Assembly: GCA_005776365.1 (NCBI GenBank) | Contig: SXPK01000186.1 | Span: forward strand, 1 to 42,999 | Reading direction: 5' to 3' | Origin: Planctomycetia bacterium | GTDB lineage: Bacteria > Planctomycetota > UBA1135 > UBA2386 | DNA: 42,999 bases | Shown: piece by piece, positions 9,516-19,274 of the stretch | Numbering within the stretch: the stretch's first letter is position 1 | Layout: each line of letters opens with the position of its first letter | The notes under the pieces: model-generated | Told to the model about the DNA's origin: nothing | Databases searched by the model: none | What the model saw: only the letters and a program-made list of their open reading frames with translations | Made by a program: the position numbers and the translations under genes

Positions 9516-10847
9516 CTAGAAGAAGTCCAACTCGCCCGTGCTGTCTCCAAACGCTGTCGCGCGCAAGCCCATGTGCCGCATCACCGCGACGTAGAGATCC
9601 GCCATCGGCGTCTCCTTGGCGCAGACGAAGTGCTTGCCGCCGCTGTGCCCACCCGCCACCAAGACCGGAAGGTCCTCGTGGTTGTGCTGGTCGCCATCGC
9701 TGATGCCGCAGCCGTAGACCACCATCGTCTGGTCGATCAATCGGCCTGACTCACAACGCGAATCGACGAGCTTCTGCACGAAGGCGGCAAGCCGTTCGAT
9801 GTGGAACCGGTTGATCTTGCGGATGCCAGCGAGCTTCTGCGCGTCCTTGCCATGGTGGCTGAGGTCATGATGGCCCTCCGGAACGCCCAAGAACCGGTAG
9901 CTGCGGTTGCTGCCTCCGTTGCCGAGCATCATCGTCGCGACGCGCGTTTGGTCGGTTGCGAACGCGAGCGCGAGGATGTCATACATCGCGTCGAGTCGCG
10001 CCGCGAAATCGCCGCGCTCGGCCATCACGGAAGCGGGCACTGCCGGTGCTTCTTGCTGCGAGTTCTGTTCGCGCTCGATGCGACGCTCCAGGTCGCGCAC
10101 GCTGTCGAGATACTCCGCGAGCTTGCTGCGATCCCGACCTCCGAGTTCGCGGGCAAGGCTCTGCGCGTCCTTGCGAACGGCGTCGAGCAAGCTGCGGCGC
10201 GAAGCCCGCGCGGCGGCTTGCGCCTCTTGGTCCATCGCCGCATCGGGGTCGCCGAACAAACGCGCGAAGGCGGCTCGCGGCTCGGCTTCTTTGGCAACCG
10301 GCGTGCTCTTGCCTCGCCAACTGATGTTGTTGCTGTAGGCGCACGAGTAGCCCGAGTCGCATACGCCACCCGCAGCGCCGCGTTCCATTCCGAGTTCGAG
10401 CGACGGGAACCGCGTCTGCTCGCCCACCGCCGCCGCAAGCTCCTGGTCGATCGAGACGCCGGCCTCGATGTCTGCGCCGCCGGTTTTTCGCGGATGCGCG
10501 CACGTGAGGAACGAGGCCGCGGCGCGCGCATGGTCACCGGCACCGTCGCCGTGTGCGCGGCCGCCATCCAACGCAAGGCCGGAGATGACGGTCACGCGAT
10601 CCCGCACGGGATCGAGCGGCTCCAACAAGAACGGCAACTGGCCGAGCCGCCCTGGTGAGGCGGGGCGCCACTCATCCATCTTCTTGCCGTTGGGCGCGAA
10701 CACGAACAAGGCGCGACGCGGCGCGGCGATCCCGCGCGGTTCTAGTGCGCGCTCCATCGCGTCGAGGAAGGGCAACGCGAGCGCAGCACCGGCCCCGCGC
10801 AACACGGTGCGTCGACTCAGGCAGCGGTTTTGGAACATCGAGTTCAT
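9516..10847 (-). CDS. DUF1552 domain protein (Tat-exported)
   Basis: SRRTVLRGAG..LALPFLDAM; SIDQ; RFPSLELG; CDSGYSCAYSNNISW; DQTRVAT; HHDLSHH; HNHEDLP. Confidence 0.92.
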   Translation of the reverse strand: MNSMFQNRCLSRRTVLRGAGAALALPFLDAMERALEPRGIAAPRRALFVFAPNGKKMDEWRPASPGRLGQLPFLLEPLDPVRDRVTVISGLALDGGRAHGDGAGDHARAAASFLTCAHPRKTGGADIEAGVSIDQELAAAVGEQTRFPSLELGMERGAAGGVCDSGYSCAYSNNISWRGKSTPVAKEAEPRAAFARLFGDPDAAMDQEAQAAARASRRSLLDAVRKDAQSLARELGGRDRSKLAEYLDSVRDLERRIEREQNSQQEAPAVPASVMAERGDFAARLDAMYDILALAFATDQTRVATMMLGNGGSNRSYRFLGVPEGHHDLSHHGKDAQKLAGIRKINRFHIERLAAFVQKLVDSRCESGRLIDQTMVVYGCGISDGDQHNHEDLPVLVAGGHSGGKHFVCAKETPMADLYVAVMRHMGLRATAFGDSTGELDFF

Positions 10848-13150
10848 CGAACTGTCTCCCGCATCAAGAACGCTTGGCTTTCGACGACGACGCTTACGAG
10901 ATCACGGATGCTCACCTTGCCCAACGTCGCCAGCCGATCGACAGCAGCGTCGAGCACGACGCGCTCGACCGGCGACGCGTCGCGGCCGACGCCATAGACG
11001 AAGAGCTTGCGCTGCAGTGCGCGCAAGAAGGTGGGGTCGTCGCGCAGCAACGCGCGCAGGCCTGCGACGCCGTCGACTCTGGCGCCGGACGGGAGTTCCG
11101 CGCTCGCGTCGATCGGTTGCCCCGCCACAGAATCGCGCAGTCGCCCCACCGCGTCGAACTGCTCGAGCGCGAGGCCATAGGCATCCATGCGAACATGGCA
11201 ACTCGCGCACTCGCTGCGCTCACGATGCGCCGCCAGCTGCGCGCGCAGACCCTGCGGCGTCGCAGCAGCGCCCTCATCAGCGAAGATGGCATTCCCCGGC
11301 GGCGGCGGCGGCGGCGCCTGGTCGAGCAGGTTCTCCAGCGTCCACTTGCCGCGCTTGACCGGCGACGTGCGCGTCGGATTCGAGGTGACGACAAGCCACG
11401 AAGCGTGGCCGAGAATGCCGCGGCGCACCGCCAATTGGCCGTCTAGCTGCACGCGCTCATGCGTGGCGTCGAACTCACCCGCGATGCCATAGAAACTCGC
11501 CAACGCCGCGTCCACGTGCGTGAAATCCGCGTCCAACAGTTCCCGCGCATCGCGAGCTTCGCGCAGCACGGCGAGGAACAACAACTCCGTCTCCCGTCGC
11601 ATCGACGCACGCAGGCTGTCGTCAAGACGAGGGAACAGCGAAGGGTCCGGCATGCGCGCCTCGAGCGATCGCAATTCGAGCCATTGCGCCGCGAAGTCCG
11701 AGGCAAGCCGGTCCGCGCGCGCGTCCGACAGCATGCGAGCAACCTGGGCCTTGCGCCCCGCCGCGGTGCTCAGTTCGCCGCGCCGCGCAGCCGCCAGCAG
11801 TTCCTCGTCCGGGCAACTGCTCCACAAGAAGAACGACAACCGTGAAGCGAGCGCTTCGGCTGGCACGGCTTCCACGCCATCCACCGCGGCGCGCGTCGAC
11901 GGCGCCTCGATGCGGAACAAGAACCGCGGCGATGCGAGCGCCGCAGCCAGCAGATCAGCGAGCGACTCGGATCGCGACCCGCCCGCCTTGTGCCGCCTTG
12001 TCGCCACGGCCGCCAATTCGCGCACGGCCTCGGGTTTCGCAGTCCCGCGCCAAACGCTCGCCGCGATCGTTCGCGCGACGAGATCGAATGGCTTGTCGTC
12101 GAGTCCTTCCAGCCATCGTTGTTGCGGCGGGATCGTGCGCGATTCGAACGGGCCTTCGATCACGACGCGATCGAGCAGCAGATTGCGATCGCGCATGGCC
12201 GGATCGGGATGATCTGGATCCCAGTGATCGTTGATGAAGGCGATCTCGATGCGATGCCGGCCCTTGCCCACGGGCAAAGTGATCGTCTCCGGTCGCAACT
12301 CGCGCTGGTGCACATCGACTACCGCGAGCTCCCTGCCATCCAGGCGAACGCTGAGCCGAGCCGGCTCATCACCCGCTGGCGTCGCGCCGGCATGCACGGT
12401 GATCCGACACGTGCCGCTCCGTGCGATGTCGAAGGCGCTGCCCAATGTCGCATTGGTGTAGAGATTGGCGATGTCCGAGTTCGCGTCGAACCCTGGGCCG
12501 TCGACGAGATCCATGGACTCGCCTTCGATCGTGCTCATGGCTGGCGTCGCGCTTTCGTCGAAAAAAACCTGCGACGCAACGTCTTCAGCTGCGGCAAGGT
12601 AGGCCTCGAGCCGCAGCGTCGAGAAGGAGAGCGCATCTCCGATCGAGTCAAATCCGTAACCGAGATCGTCGGCGGGGAACGCCGTCGACTTCTCGGTCGC
12701 AACCCCAAACAGATCCTCGATGCAGCGGTCCCATTGGGTCTGCGACAACCTTCGCACGGTCACCCGCCCCGGTCGGGGCCGTAGTTTCGCCGCTTCTTGC
12801 ACGAGGAGCGCATCGCATGCCGAAATCAGCGCCGCACGATCCGCTGGAGTGATCTGGTCTGCATCCGCAGGCGGCATCTCGCTGGCGCGCACGCGATCGC
12901 GGACCTTGCTGAGGGCGATGAGCCTGGTCTGCAAGTCCGCATTTGCCACGGCCTTGAGGTCGAGCGCCCCCTTGGTCGCATCGCCGCCGTGACAGTCGAC
13001 GCACGATCGCTCGAATGTCGCGTGCATCGGCTCGGACCATGGCCCTTGCGCGGCTGCGGCTGTTGCGCTGAACGCGAGCGCAAGACCGGCGATGACATCG
13101 GGATGACGCACGGATTGGAGAGTAACAGGCGGATGACCGCGCAGTGACAT
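10844..13150 (-). CDS. Planctomycete cytochrome c / DUF1587-1595-1592-1588-1585 protein with inserted carbohydrate-binding-like domain
   Basis: CVDCH heme motif, EMPP, GYGFDSIG, LASRLSFFLWSSCPD, RTSPVKRGKW, CASCH. ATGA overlap with the DUF1552 gene. Start may be 13111. Confidence 0.9.
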   Translation of the reverse strand: MSLRGHPPVTLQSVRHPDVIAGLALAFSATAAAAQGPWSEPMHATFERSCVDCHGGDATKGALDLKAVANADLQTRLIALSKVRDRVRASEMPPADADQITPADRAALISACDALLVQEAAKLRPRPGRVTVRRLSQTQWDRCIEDLFGVATEKSTAFPADDLGYGFDSIGDALSFSTLRLEAYLAAAEDVASQVFFDESATPAMSTIEGESMDLVDGPGFDANSDIANLYTNATLGSAFDIARSGTCRITVHAGATPAGDEPARLSVRLDGRELAVVDVHQRELRPETITLPVGKGRHRIEIAFINDHWDPDHPDPAMRDRNLLLDRVVIEGPFESRTIPPQQRWLEGLDDKPFDLVARTIAASVWRGTAKPEAVRELAAVATRRHKAGGSRSESLADLLAAALASPRFLFRIEAPSTRAAVDGVEAVPAEALASRLSFFLWSSCPDEELLAAARRGELSTAAGRKAQVARMLSDARADRLASDFAAQWLELRSLEARMPDPSLFPRLDDSLRASMRRETELLFLAVLREARDARELLDADFTHVDAALASFYGIAGEFDATHERVQLDGQLAVRRGILGHASWLVVTSNPTRTSPVKRGKWTLENLLDQAPPPPPPGNAIFADEGAAATPQGLRAQLAAHRERSECASCHVRMDAYGLALEQFDAVGRLRDSVAGQPIDASAELPSGARVDGVAGLRALLRDDPTFLRALQRKLFVYGVGRDASPVERVVLDAAVDRLATLGKVSIRDLVSVVVESQAFLMRETVR

Positions 13151-13206
13151 TCGCGGCGACGCAGCGGCTTAGCAGTGCGTTCTCAGAAACGCCAAGAACG
13201 CACACC

Positions 13207-14322
13207 ATGCAACGTCGACTCCTCCCCCTCCTGTTCCTATCCGCCACGTCCGCCGCGCAGAACTACCTCTACCTGCCTGCGTCCACGTCGCCCAACGTCG
13301 TCGAATCGTCGAGCTACAACCTCCGGCCGTTCATGCAGACGAATAGCCGCGTGCAATTGTTTTACAGCGCGACCGAAGTCGGCGGCTCGCTGTTCACCGC
13401 CAACGCGTTGTCGTTTCGTTATGACGGCCCGATCCCGCAGGTCGGCGCGCCGGGCCCATTCTCCGTGCAACGCCTGCGCGTGCACGTCGGCACGACGCAG
13501 ATCGCGCAACCGACGGCCTCGTTCGGCGCCAACCTCTCGCAAGCGCTGACCACCGTGCACGACGCGGCCTTTTCCTATCTGCCCGACCCGGGCTCGGCAT
13601 TCCCGCATCCGTGGGAAGTGCCGAACACGTCGATGCGGATTCCATTCAACGCACCGCTGGGCGTCGCGATTCCTGCCGGCGGCTTTTTCGTCGTCGACGT
13701 GCAGATGGAAGGCAACAACATCGCCAACTTCGGTTTCTCGCACGCAATCCTCGACGGCTTCATGGCCACCGGAGGCGTCGCGAACGGCACGACGAGCAAT
13801 TTCGGTCAGGGCTGCAACGCCGCCATCGGTGCGCCAGCAGCGACGATCAGCACGACGGGCACGCACGCGCCCGGCGCTGCGCACTTCGTGTCGGGCCAGA
13901 ACCTCGGCGCCAGCACGATCGCGCTGCTCGTGCTTTCAGGCAGCAACACAACGAGCCAATACGGCCTGCTGCCCTTCAATCTGCCCACCACCAACTGCAA
14001 CCTCTACACCGAGACCGAACTCAGCTTCGTGATGTTCACGGATGCGAGCGGCGCGATCGCGCCAAACGCGCAAATGGGCGCGATCTCCGTGCCGGCCGAC
14101 CCTGCATTCGCCGGCGTCACGATCTACGAGCAGTTCGTCTCGCTGGTGCAATCCGCGAATCCATTCGGCTTCGTGCTCAGTGACGCGCGCGCGATCACCC
14201 TCGGCTCCTTCACGGCGCCATCGCTCGGGGTCTACACGGTCTCGCACGGCGCCGACGCGAACGCGGCGACCGCGGACAAGGTCGAGCCGTTCGGCTACGC
14301 TCTGCGGATTCAGTTGAACTGA
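13207..14322 (+). CDS. Secreted beta-rich hypothetical protein
   Basis: Signal peptide MQRRLLPLLFLSATSAAQ; S/T/N/G-rich mature region; strong GC3 bias in this frame. Confidence 0.85.
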   Translation: MQRRLLPLLFLSATSAAQNYLYLPASTSPNVVESSSYNLRPFMQTNSRVQLFYSATEVGGSLFTANALSFRYDGPIPQVGAPGPFSVQRLRVHVGTTQIAQPTASFGANLSQALTTVHDAAFSYLPDPGSAFPHPWEVPNTSMRIPFNAPLGVAIPAGGFFVVDVQMEGNNIANFGFSHAILDGFMATGGVANGTTSNFGQGCNAAIGAPAATISTTGTHAPGAAHFVSGQNLGASTIALLVLSGSNTTSQYGLLPFNLPTTNCNLYTETELSFVMFTDASGAIAPNAQMGAISVPADPAFAGVTIYEQFVSLVQSANPFGFVLSDARAITLGSFTAPSLGVYTVSHGADANAATADKVEPFGYALRIQLN

Positions 14323-14332
14323 AGCCCCGCCG

Positions 14333-15364
14333 TTGACCCGCAAAGGCCCGCTCCTCACTGCCTGCTTCCTCGTCGCCAACCTCGCGCTCGTTGCTTGGTG
14401 GACATGGTTCCAGGTCGCGCAGGCAACCGCGCTGCAAGATGCGGGTCAGTTCCTCGCCCGTGGCGAAGTCGATGCCGCGGCGCGCGCACTCGGCGCGACG
14501 GACGCACAGACGCTGCCCGAGCTTGCCGCGGCGCGCCGGCGCATGTTCTTGAGCGAGGGCTTGGCATTCACTGCCGTGCTCGCGCTGGCTGGCTTCGGCG
14601 TCCTGACTCTGTTGCGCCGTGAAGCGAAGCTCCGCGCCGACCAGGATCGATTCCTCGCCGGCGCGACGCACGAACTGAAGACGCCGCTCGCAACCATCCA
14701 ACTGCTGCTGGAGTCGTTGCGCGACGAGCGATTGCCGCAGGAGAAGCGCGACCGCTACCTGCAAAGCGGCCTGCTCGAGGGCCAGCGACTCGAATACGGG
14801 CTGACGAACCTGCTGACTGCGGCCGGCCTCCGCAGTGCTGGCGCGCGGCGCAGCACAAAGAGCGAAGCCGACCTCGCCGACGACGTGCGGCGTTCGATGC
14901 ACAAGCTGCAGGCCCGCGCCGAAGCCGCCGGAATTCGACTCTGCGAGGATCGCGTGAGCGCCGTGCGCATGCTGCGCGATCCCGAGGCAATGCACCTGGT
15001 GCTGCACAACCTGATCGACAACGCGATCAAGTACTCGATCCGCGGCGGCCGTGTGATGGTGTCGCTGCGCGAAGAGGCCAATGCAGCCGTCCTCGTCGTG
15101 CGCGACGAGGGCCTGGGGATGGACGATGAAGCGCTCACGAATGCCTTCGTTCCATTCTGGCGCGGCCGTGACTCTGGCACTGGCGGCACGGGACTCGGGC
15201 TGTTCCTCGTGCGCGGGCTCGTCGAATCGCATGGCGGCACGGTCGCGGCGGCAAGCGAGGGTCTTGGCAAGGGTGCGACGGTAACGGTTCGCATGCCGCG
15301 CCGCAGTTCCACGCCCATGCCTTCGCCGCGCACGAATGCCGCGCCCGACGAGGGCCGCGCATGA
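14333..15364 (+). CDS. Membrane sensor histidine kinase
   Basis: Two TM segments; H-box ATHELKTPL; N-box NLIDNAIKY; G1 DEGLG; F-box; G2 GTGLGL. Confidence 0.95.
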   Translation: MTRKGPLLTACFLVANLALVAWWTWFQVAQATALQDAGQFLARGEVDAAARALGATDAQTLPELAAARRRMFLSEGLAFTAVLALAGFGVLTLLRREAKLRADQDRFLAGATHELKTPLATIQLLLESLRDERLPQEKRDRYLQSGLLEGQRLEYGLTNLLTAAGLRSAGARRSTKSEADLADDVRRSMHKLQARAEAAGIRLCEDRVSAVRMLRDPEAMHLVLHNLIDNAIKYSIRGGRVMVSLREEANAAVLVVRDEGLGMDDEALTNAFVPFWRGRDSGTGGTGLGLFLVRGLVESHGGTVAAASEGLGKGATVTVRMPRRSSTPMPSPRTNAAPDEGRA

Positions 15365-16047
15365 GTCGCTGGATCCTGGTCGTCGAGGACGAACCAGTTC
15401 TCGGCGAGTTGCTCGTCGACAACCTGCAGCTCGAGTCCTACCACGCGGAGCTGGTGCGAAGCGGAGCAGACGCGCTGACGCGCATGGAGAAAGGCGGCAT
15501 CGATCTGCTGCTGCTCGACGTGATGCTGCCGGGCTGCGACGGCTTCACCGTGTTGCACCGACTGCGGCAGCGCGGCGACACGACGCCAGTACTGATCCTC
15601 AGTGCCCGCAGCGCCGACCACGACAAGATCCGCGGCCTCGAGCTGGAGGCCGACGATTACCTGACCAAGCCCTTCAATCTGCGCGAACTGCTGTTGCGGG
15701 TCGACGCGCTGCTGCGGCGCACGAACGCACCGAAGCCAGGCGCAGACACACTTTCGTTCGGCGGCAACTCGATCGACTTTCGCGCCATGCGCGCGACGAC
15801 ATGGTCCGGCGAGGACCTCGAGCTCACGGCGACCGAAGTAAGGCTGGTCAAGCTGATGTCGGCGCATGCCGGCACCGTCGTCAGCCGCAAGATCGTAGTC
15901 GAACATCTATTCGGCAGCTCCGCGCCATTGACGGTGCGCACGCTCGACAACGTCGTGTTGAGGCTGCGAAAGCTGTTCGAGCGCAACCCGGCTGAACCGA
16001 AGCACCTTCACACCGTGCGCGGACTCGGGCTTCGGTTCGATCCCTAG
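15361..16047 (+). CDS. OmpR/PhoB-family response regulator
   Basis: Receiver motifs VVEDE, LLDVMLP, KPF; winged helix ending HTVRGLG; ATGA-coupled to the kinase gene. Confidence 0.95.
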   Translation: MSRWILVVEDEPVLGELLVDNLQLESYHAELVRSGADALTRMEKGGIDLLLLDVMLPGCDGFTVLHRLRQRGDTTPVLILSARSADHDKIRGLELEADDYLTKPFNLRELLLRVDALLRRTNAPKPGADTLSFGGNSIDFRAMRATTWSGEDLELTATEVRLVKLMSAHAGTVVSRKIVVEHLFGSSAPLTVRTLDNVVLRLRKLFERNPAEPKHLHTVRGLGLRFDP

Positions 16048-16170
16048 CCGCGGATGCTGCGACAGATGGCGAAGGGCGAGGGCCACAGGGCGCGCTCGCG
16101 CCATCGGCTCGGCATTCCGTCGGAACCGAGACACGCGCACCCTGCGGGAGTAGAACTCCTGCCCCAAATC

Positions 16171-17178
16171 ATGAAGCCGCTCTACGTCTCGTCCTTGTTT
16201 CCGTCCCTCCTGTTGCTCGCGCCGCTCGCTGCCCAGGACGCCATCCAGCTCCAGCCGCCCAAGTCCGGCAAGATCGCATTCGTCCAGCTCGGCAAGCAGG
16301 AGCAGAACATCAATGCCGGCGGCCAGGAGATGAATGTCACCCAGGAGATGACGCACCACTTCACCATCGAAGTGACCGGCGTCGCCGACAACGGGACGCG
16401 GACCTTCACCGTCACGATCGAGCGCATCAACGGCAAGCTCGACATCCCGATGGCCGGCGAGATCGAGTTCGACTCGGCGGCGAAGGCCGACGGAGCGACC
16501 GAGGAGGAAGGCGAGGACGGCCCGATGGGCGGCATGGGCCTTCCGAGCGGCACCAAGATTTCGGCGGGTCTGCGCGAGCTCGCGGGCAAGTCGTTCACGA
16601 CGGAAGTCAGCGCCGATGGAACGATCGTGGGCATTGCTGGCTTCGACGAAGCGCGCAAGGCGGCGAAGCAAGCGTTCGGCGGCCCGGCCGCGCAGATGAT
16701 GGAAGGCGCATTTGCGGACCGCGGCCTCCAAGGCCTCGTCCGCGGCGCGATCGGTCATTTGCCGAAAGAAGCCGTTTCGGCCGGAAGCGAATGGGAGACG
16801 AAGAACGACGTCGGCGGCCAACTCCCCATGGAGCAGTCGCTCAAGATCACGGTCGCCAAGCTCGACGCGGCCACTGCCGAGTTGACCTACGCTGGTGAGT
16901 CCAAGGTCAAAGAGGGTGCGCGCATGCCGATGCCGGGCGCCGAGGTCGAGGGCGGCAAGGTCGAAGGCAAAGCGACGATCTCGCGCGCGGACGGCTTCAC
17001 CATCCATTCGAAGATCAGCAGTGGCATGTCGATTTTCGCCGAGAACGAGATGGTCGGCGAGATGACGATCGAGATGAAGATGACGTCGGAGACCAAGCGG
17101 GCGGATGCAGCAAAGGCGGAGCCGAAGCAGGACGAGGCGCAGAAGGAGCCCGCGAAGACGCCCGAAGCTGGCAAGTGA
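16171..17178 (+). CDS. Secreted protein, DUF6263-like
   Basis: Signal peptide; pattern EFDS...GKSFT.EVSADGTIV.I.G...LPKEAV.AGSEW resembles DUF6263. Confidence 0.65.
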   Translation: MKPLYVSSLFPSLLLLAPLAAQDAIQLQPPKSGKIAFVQLGKQEQNINAGGQEMNVTQEMTHHFTIEVTGVADNGTRTFTVTIERINGKLDIPMAGEIEFDSAAKADGATEEEGEDGPMGGMGLPSGTKISAGLRELAGKSFTTEVSADGTIVGIAGFDEARKAAKQAFGGPAAQMMEGAFADRGLQGLVRGAIGHLPKEAVSAGSEWETKNDVGGQLPMEQSLKITVAKLDAATAELTYAGESKVKEGARMPMPGAEVEGGKVEGKATISRADGFTIHSKISSGMSIFAENEMVGEMTIEMKMTSETKRADAAKAEPKQDEAQKEPAKTPEAGK

Positions 17179-17229
17179 GCGCGCCTGGATCGGTCGCGGG
17201 CGCCATCGTGGCGCCCGCCGCGCGGCGAC

Positions 17230-18540
17230 TCAGAACACGCGCACGGCAAGCACGTTCGACGACGACAGCGGCAGCGTGAAGTTGGCAGGATCGAATACGA
17301 CCGTCTGCAGCCAGATCTGACGGCCCGAGCCGACGCCGGTCGGCCCTTGCAGGTTGACGGTCCAAAGCCCGCTCGCGTCGGCGATGCCGATTGCCACTTC
17401 TCCATACGAAGTGAAGTTGTTGCCAAGACCGAGCGAGACGATGCCTGGTGCGACGCTAGGCACGTTGTCGAAAGCGGCGAGCAACAGGTTGTAGCGGCCG
17501 GCGTCTGAGTAGACGCGGAATGGGAACTGCACCTGCGTGTTGAGCACCGGCGGGCCTTCGAACCGCGGCGGGTCGATGCCATTGACCTGGATCACGAAGG
17601 CCTGGCTCGGTCCCGCGCCGCTCTCAACGGTGATTGGCGCCGGACCGATCGCCGGCAGAATCGGTGGCGTCACGCGCAACTGCGTCGACGACAGGACCTG
17701 GAAATTCACCACCGTGCTCCGAAACAGCACGCGAGAAGTCTCGTCGAGGCGTGCGCCCGTCAACGTGATCGCCGGCGTCTGGTAGCTCGGAACGACCGAC
17801 GGCGCAGCGCCGGTGACGACCGGCGGCTGCAGCGATCCATAGGTGCGGCGCAAGACCTCGAGGTCGCCGACACTGAGTTGCGTCCGCTGCCCCATCGTCG
17901 CTTGCTGCGATTGGTTGGGTGGCAAGGCGACGATCGTCGTTGCGCCGTTGATGCCGCCCTCCGTCGCGCCAAAGTGCATCACCGAGGCGAAGTCGTAGGG
18001 CTGGCCGTAGGTGTTGCCCAGCGGCACGAGACTGAACTCGACCGCCCGCGCCGGATCGATGTTGGCCTGCTGCACCTGAACGTAGGTATCGCGATCAGGC
18101 CGCTGGTGCTCGTGCCAGAAGCCAAGCACGTGCATCAACGCGTGAACGACTTCAAAGCGCGTCCCCCAGTTGGCGACGAACAGCGTCTGCATGCCGCCTT
18201 GACGTCCGATCGGAGACGAGTTGATGCTCGCGTCGCGAACCAACACGTAGTCCGTCTGCGTCGAGTGCGGCACGAACTGCACGCGCACGCGCGAGCTGAG
18301 TTCTTGCATCGCCGCAGCCAGACCTTGCGCCATCGCCGGAGTCACGCTCGCGTGCAATGCATAAGGAACGACGCCGTTCTGCCAAGCCTGCCCACCGAAC
18401 AGCCGCGCATGTGGCGACCCTCCAGCCATCAGGACGCATCCTGCATAGGGGCGCAGCAACACCGCGTCATCGACGGCGAGACGTTGCGCAGAAGCGGCAG
18501 CGCAGAGCGCGAGGACACAAGTCGACAGCAGGATGCGCAT
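17230..18540 (-). CDS. Astacin/M12A metallopeptidase-like protein (predicted inactive) with IPT/TIG domain and C-terminal domain
   Basis: Signal peptide; W.NGVVPY; S.IGRQGG.Q; HALMHVLGFWHEHQRPDRD; YDFASVMHF; IPT-like PVVTG..P...ITLTG...LRVTPP. Confidence 0.88.
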   Translation of the reverse strand: MRILLSTCVLALCAAASAQRLAVDDAVLLRPYAGCVLMAGGSPHARLFGGQAWQNGVVPYALHASVTPAMAQGLAAAMQELSSRVRVQFVPHSTQTDYVLVRDASINSSPIGRQGGMQTLFVANWGTRFEVVHALMHVLGFWHEHQRPDRDTYVQVQQANIDPARAVEFSLVPLGNTYGQPYDFASVMHFGATEGGINGATTIVALPPNQSQQATMGQRTQLSVGDLEVLRRTYGSLQPPVVTGAAPSVVPSYQTPAITLTGARLDETSRVLFRSTVVNFQVLSSTQLRVTPPILPAIGPAPITVESGAGPSQAFVIQVNGIDPPRFEGPPVLNTQVQFPFRVYSDAGRYNLLLAAFDNVPSVAPGIVSLGLGNNFTSYGEVAIGIADASGLWTVNLQGPTGVGSGRQIWLQTVVFDPANFTLPLSSSNVLAVRVF

Positions 18541-18611
18541 GGCGAGGGCCGTGGATTGTCGCCCCGGTCGCCGATGACGCCACCCCCGACGTCGCGTCAT
18601 CTTCCGCGGCT

Positions 18612-19091
18612 CTAGAACCGCGGTCTGAACAGCCGGTCCGCGAAGGCGCTGCCTTTGTGCCGCTCCGCGACGCGGTGCGTTCGACGCATCGCCTCGGCGA
18701 TCGGCAACAGCACCGCAGCATCGGGAACAGGGAGCCAGATCGCGTGCCCCTGATGCGAGTCGATCATGCGGTCGAACTCGAAGGTGTCCTTCGCTTGCTC
18801 GAGTCGGTCCAGCAGCGCCTGATCGAGCAGCACACAGCCCGCCGGCGCGAACTGCTCCCCGCGGCCAAGCAGCGTGTCGACGCTGACGCGAAATAGATCC
18901 GCGAGCTTCAACAGGTCCACGTGGGTAGGGGATCGCGATCCGCCTTCCCAGCGACACACCGCCGACTCATGCACGCCGAGCTTCTTGGCGACCTGATCCT
19001 GGGTCAGGCCGTGGCGCGCCCGCAGTTCGCGAAGCTTGGTCGCCAAGATTCTTGACACTTCCGCGTAGGGGTCGGGTTCAGGAACCAACAT
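18612..19091 (-). CDS. XRE-family (HTH_3) transcriptional regulator with unknown C-terminal domain
   Basis: LRELRARHGLTQDQVAKKLGVHESAVCRWEGG.R.P...L.KLADLFRVSVDTLLG. Confidence 0.9.
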   Translation of the reverse strand: MLVPEPDPYAEVSRILATKLRELRARHGLTQDQVAKKLGVHESAVCRWEGGSRSPTHVDLLKLADLFRVSVDTLLGRGEQFAPAGCVLLDQALLDRLEQAKDTFEFDRMIDSHQGHAIWLPVPDAAVLLPIAEAMRRTHRVAERHKGSAFADRLFRPRF

Positions 19092-19274
19092 GGGACGACC
19101 GAGTCTAGCTGGGAGCGAGTCTGAGGCTACGCCTTGTAACAAAAGAACTTTTACCATCCTTACGGAACACGAGAACCAGGGACTTTGCCGCCTCCTCCAG
19201 AAGATTCTTCGTCACTATTCTTGACGTTTTGGCATTTCTTCGGCTGAATCCCCCATCCGTGAGGAGCCAAGCCG

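Noticed and set aside
11295-11318. (GGC)n tandem repeat
   Set aside because: Encodes the poly-Pro stretch typical of DUF1588; not a separate repeat element.
18541-18957. N-terminal extension of the astacin-like ORF
   Set aside because: Overlaps the XRE gene in another frame; the signal peptide starts at 18540.
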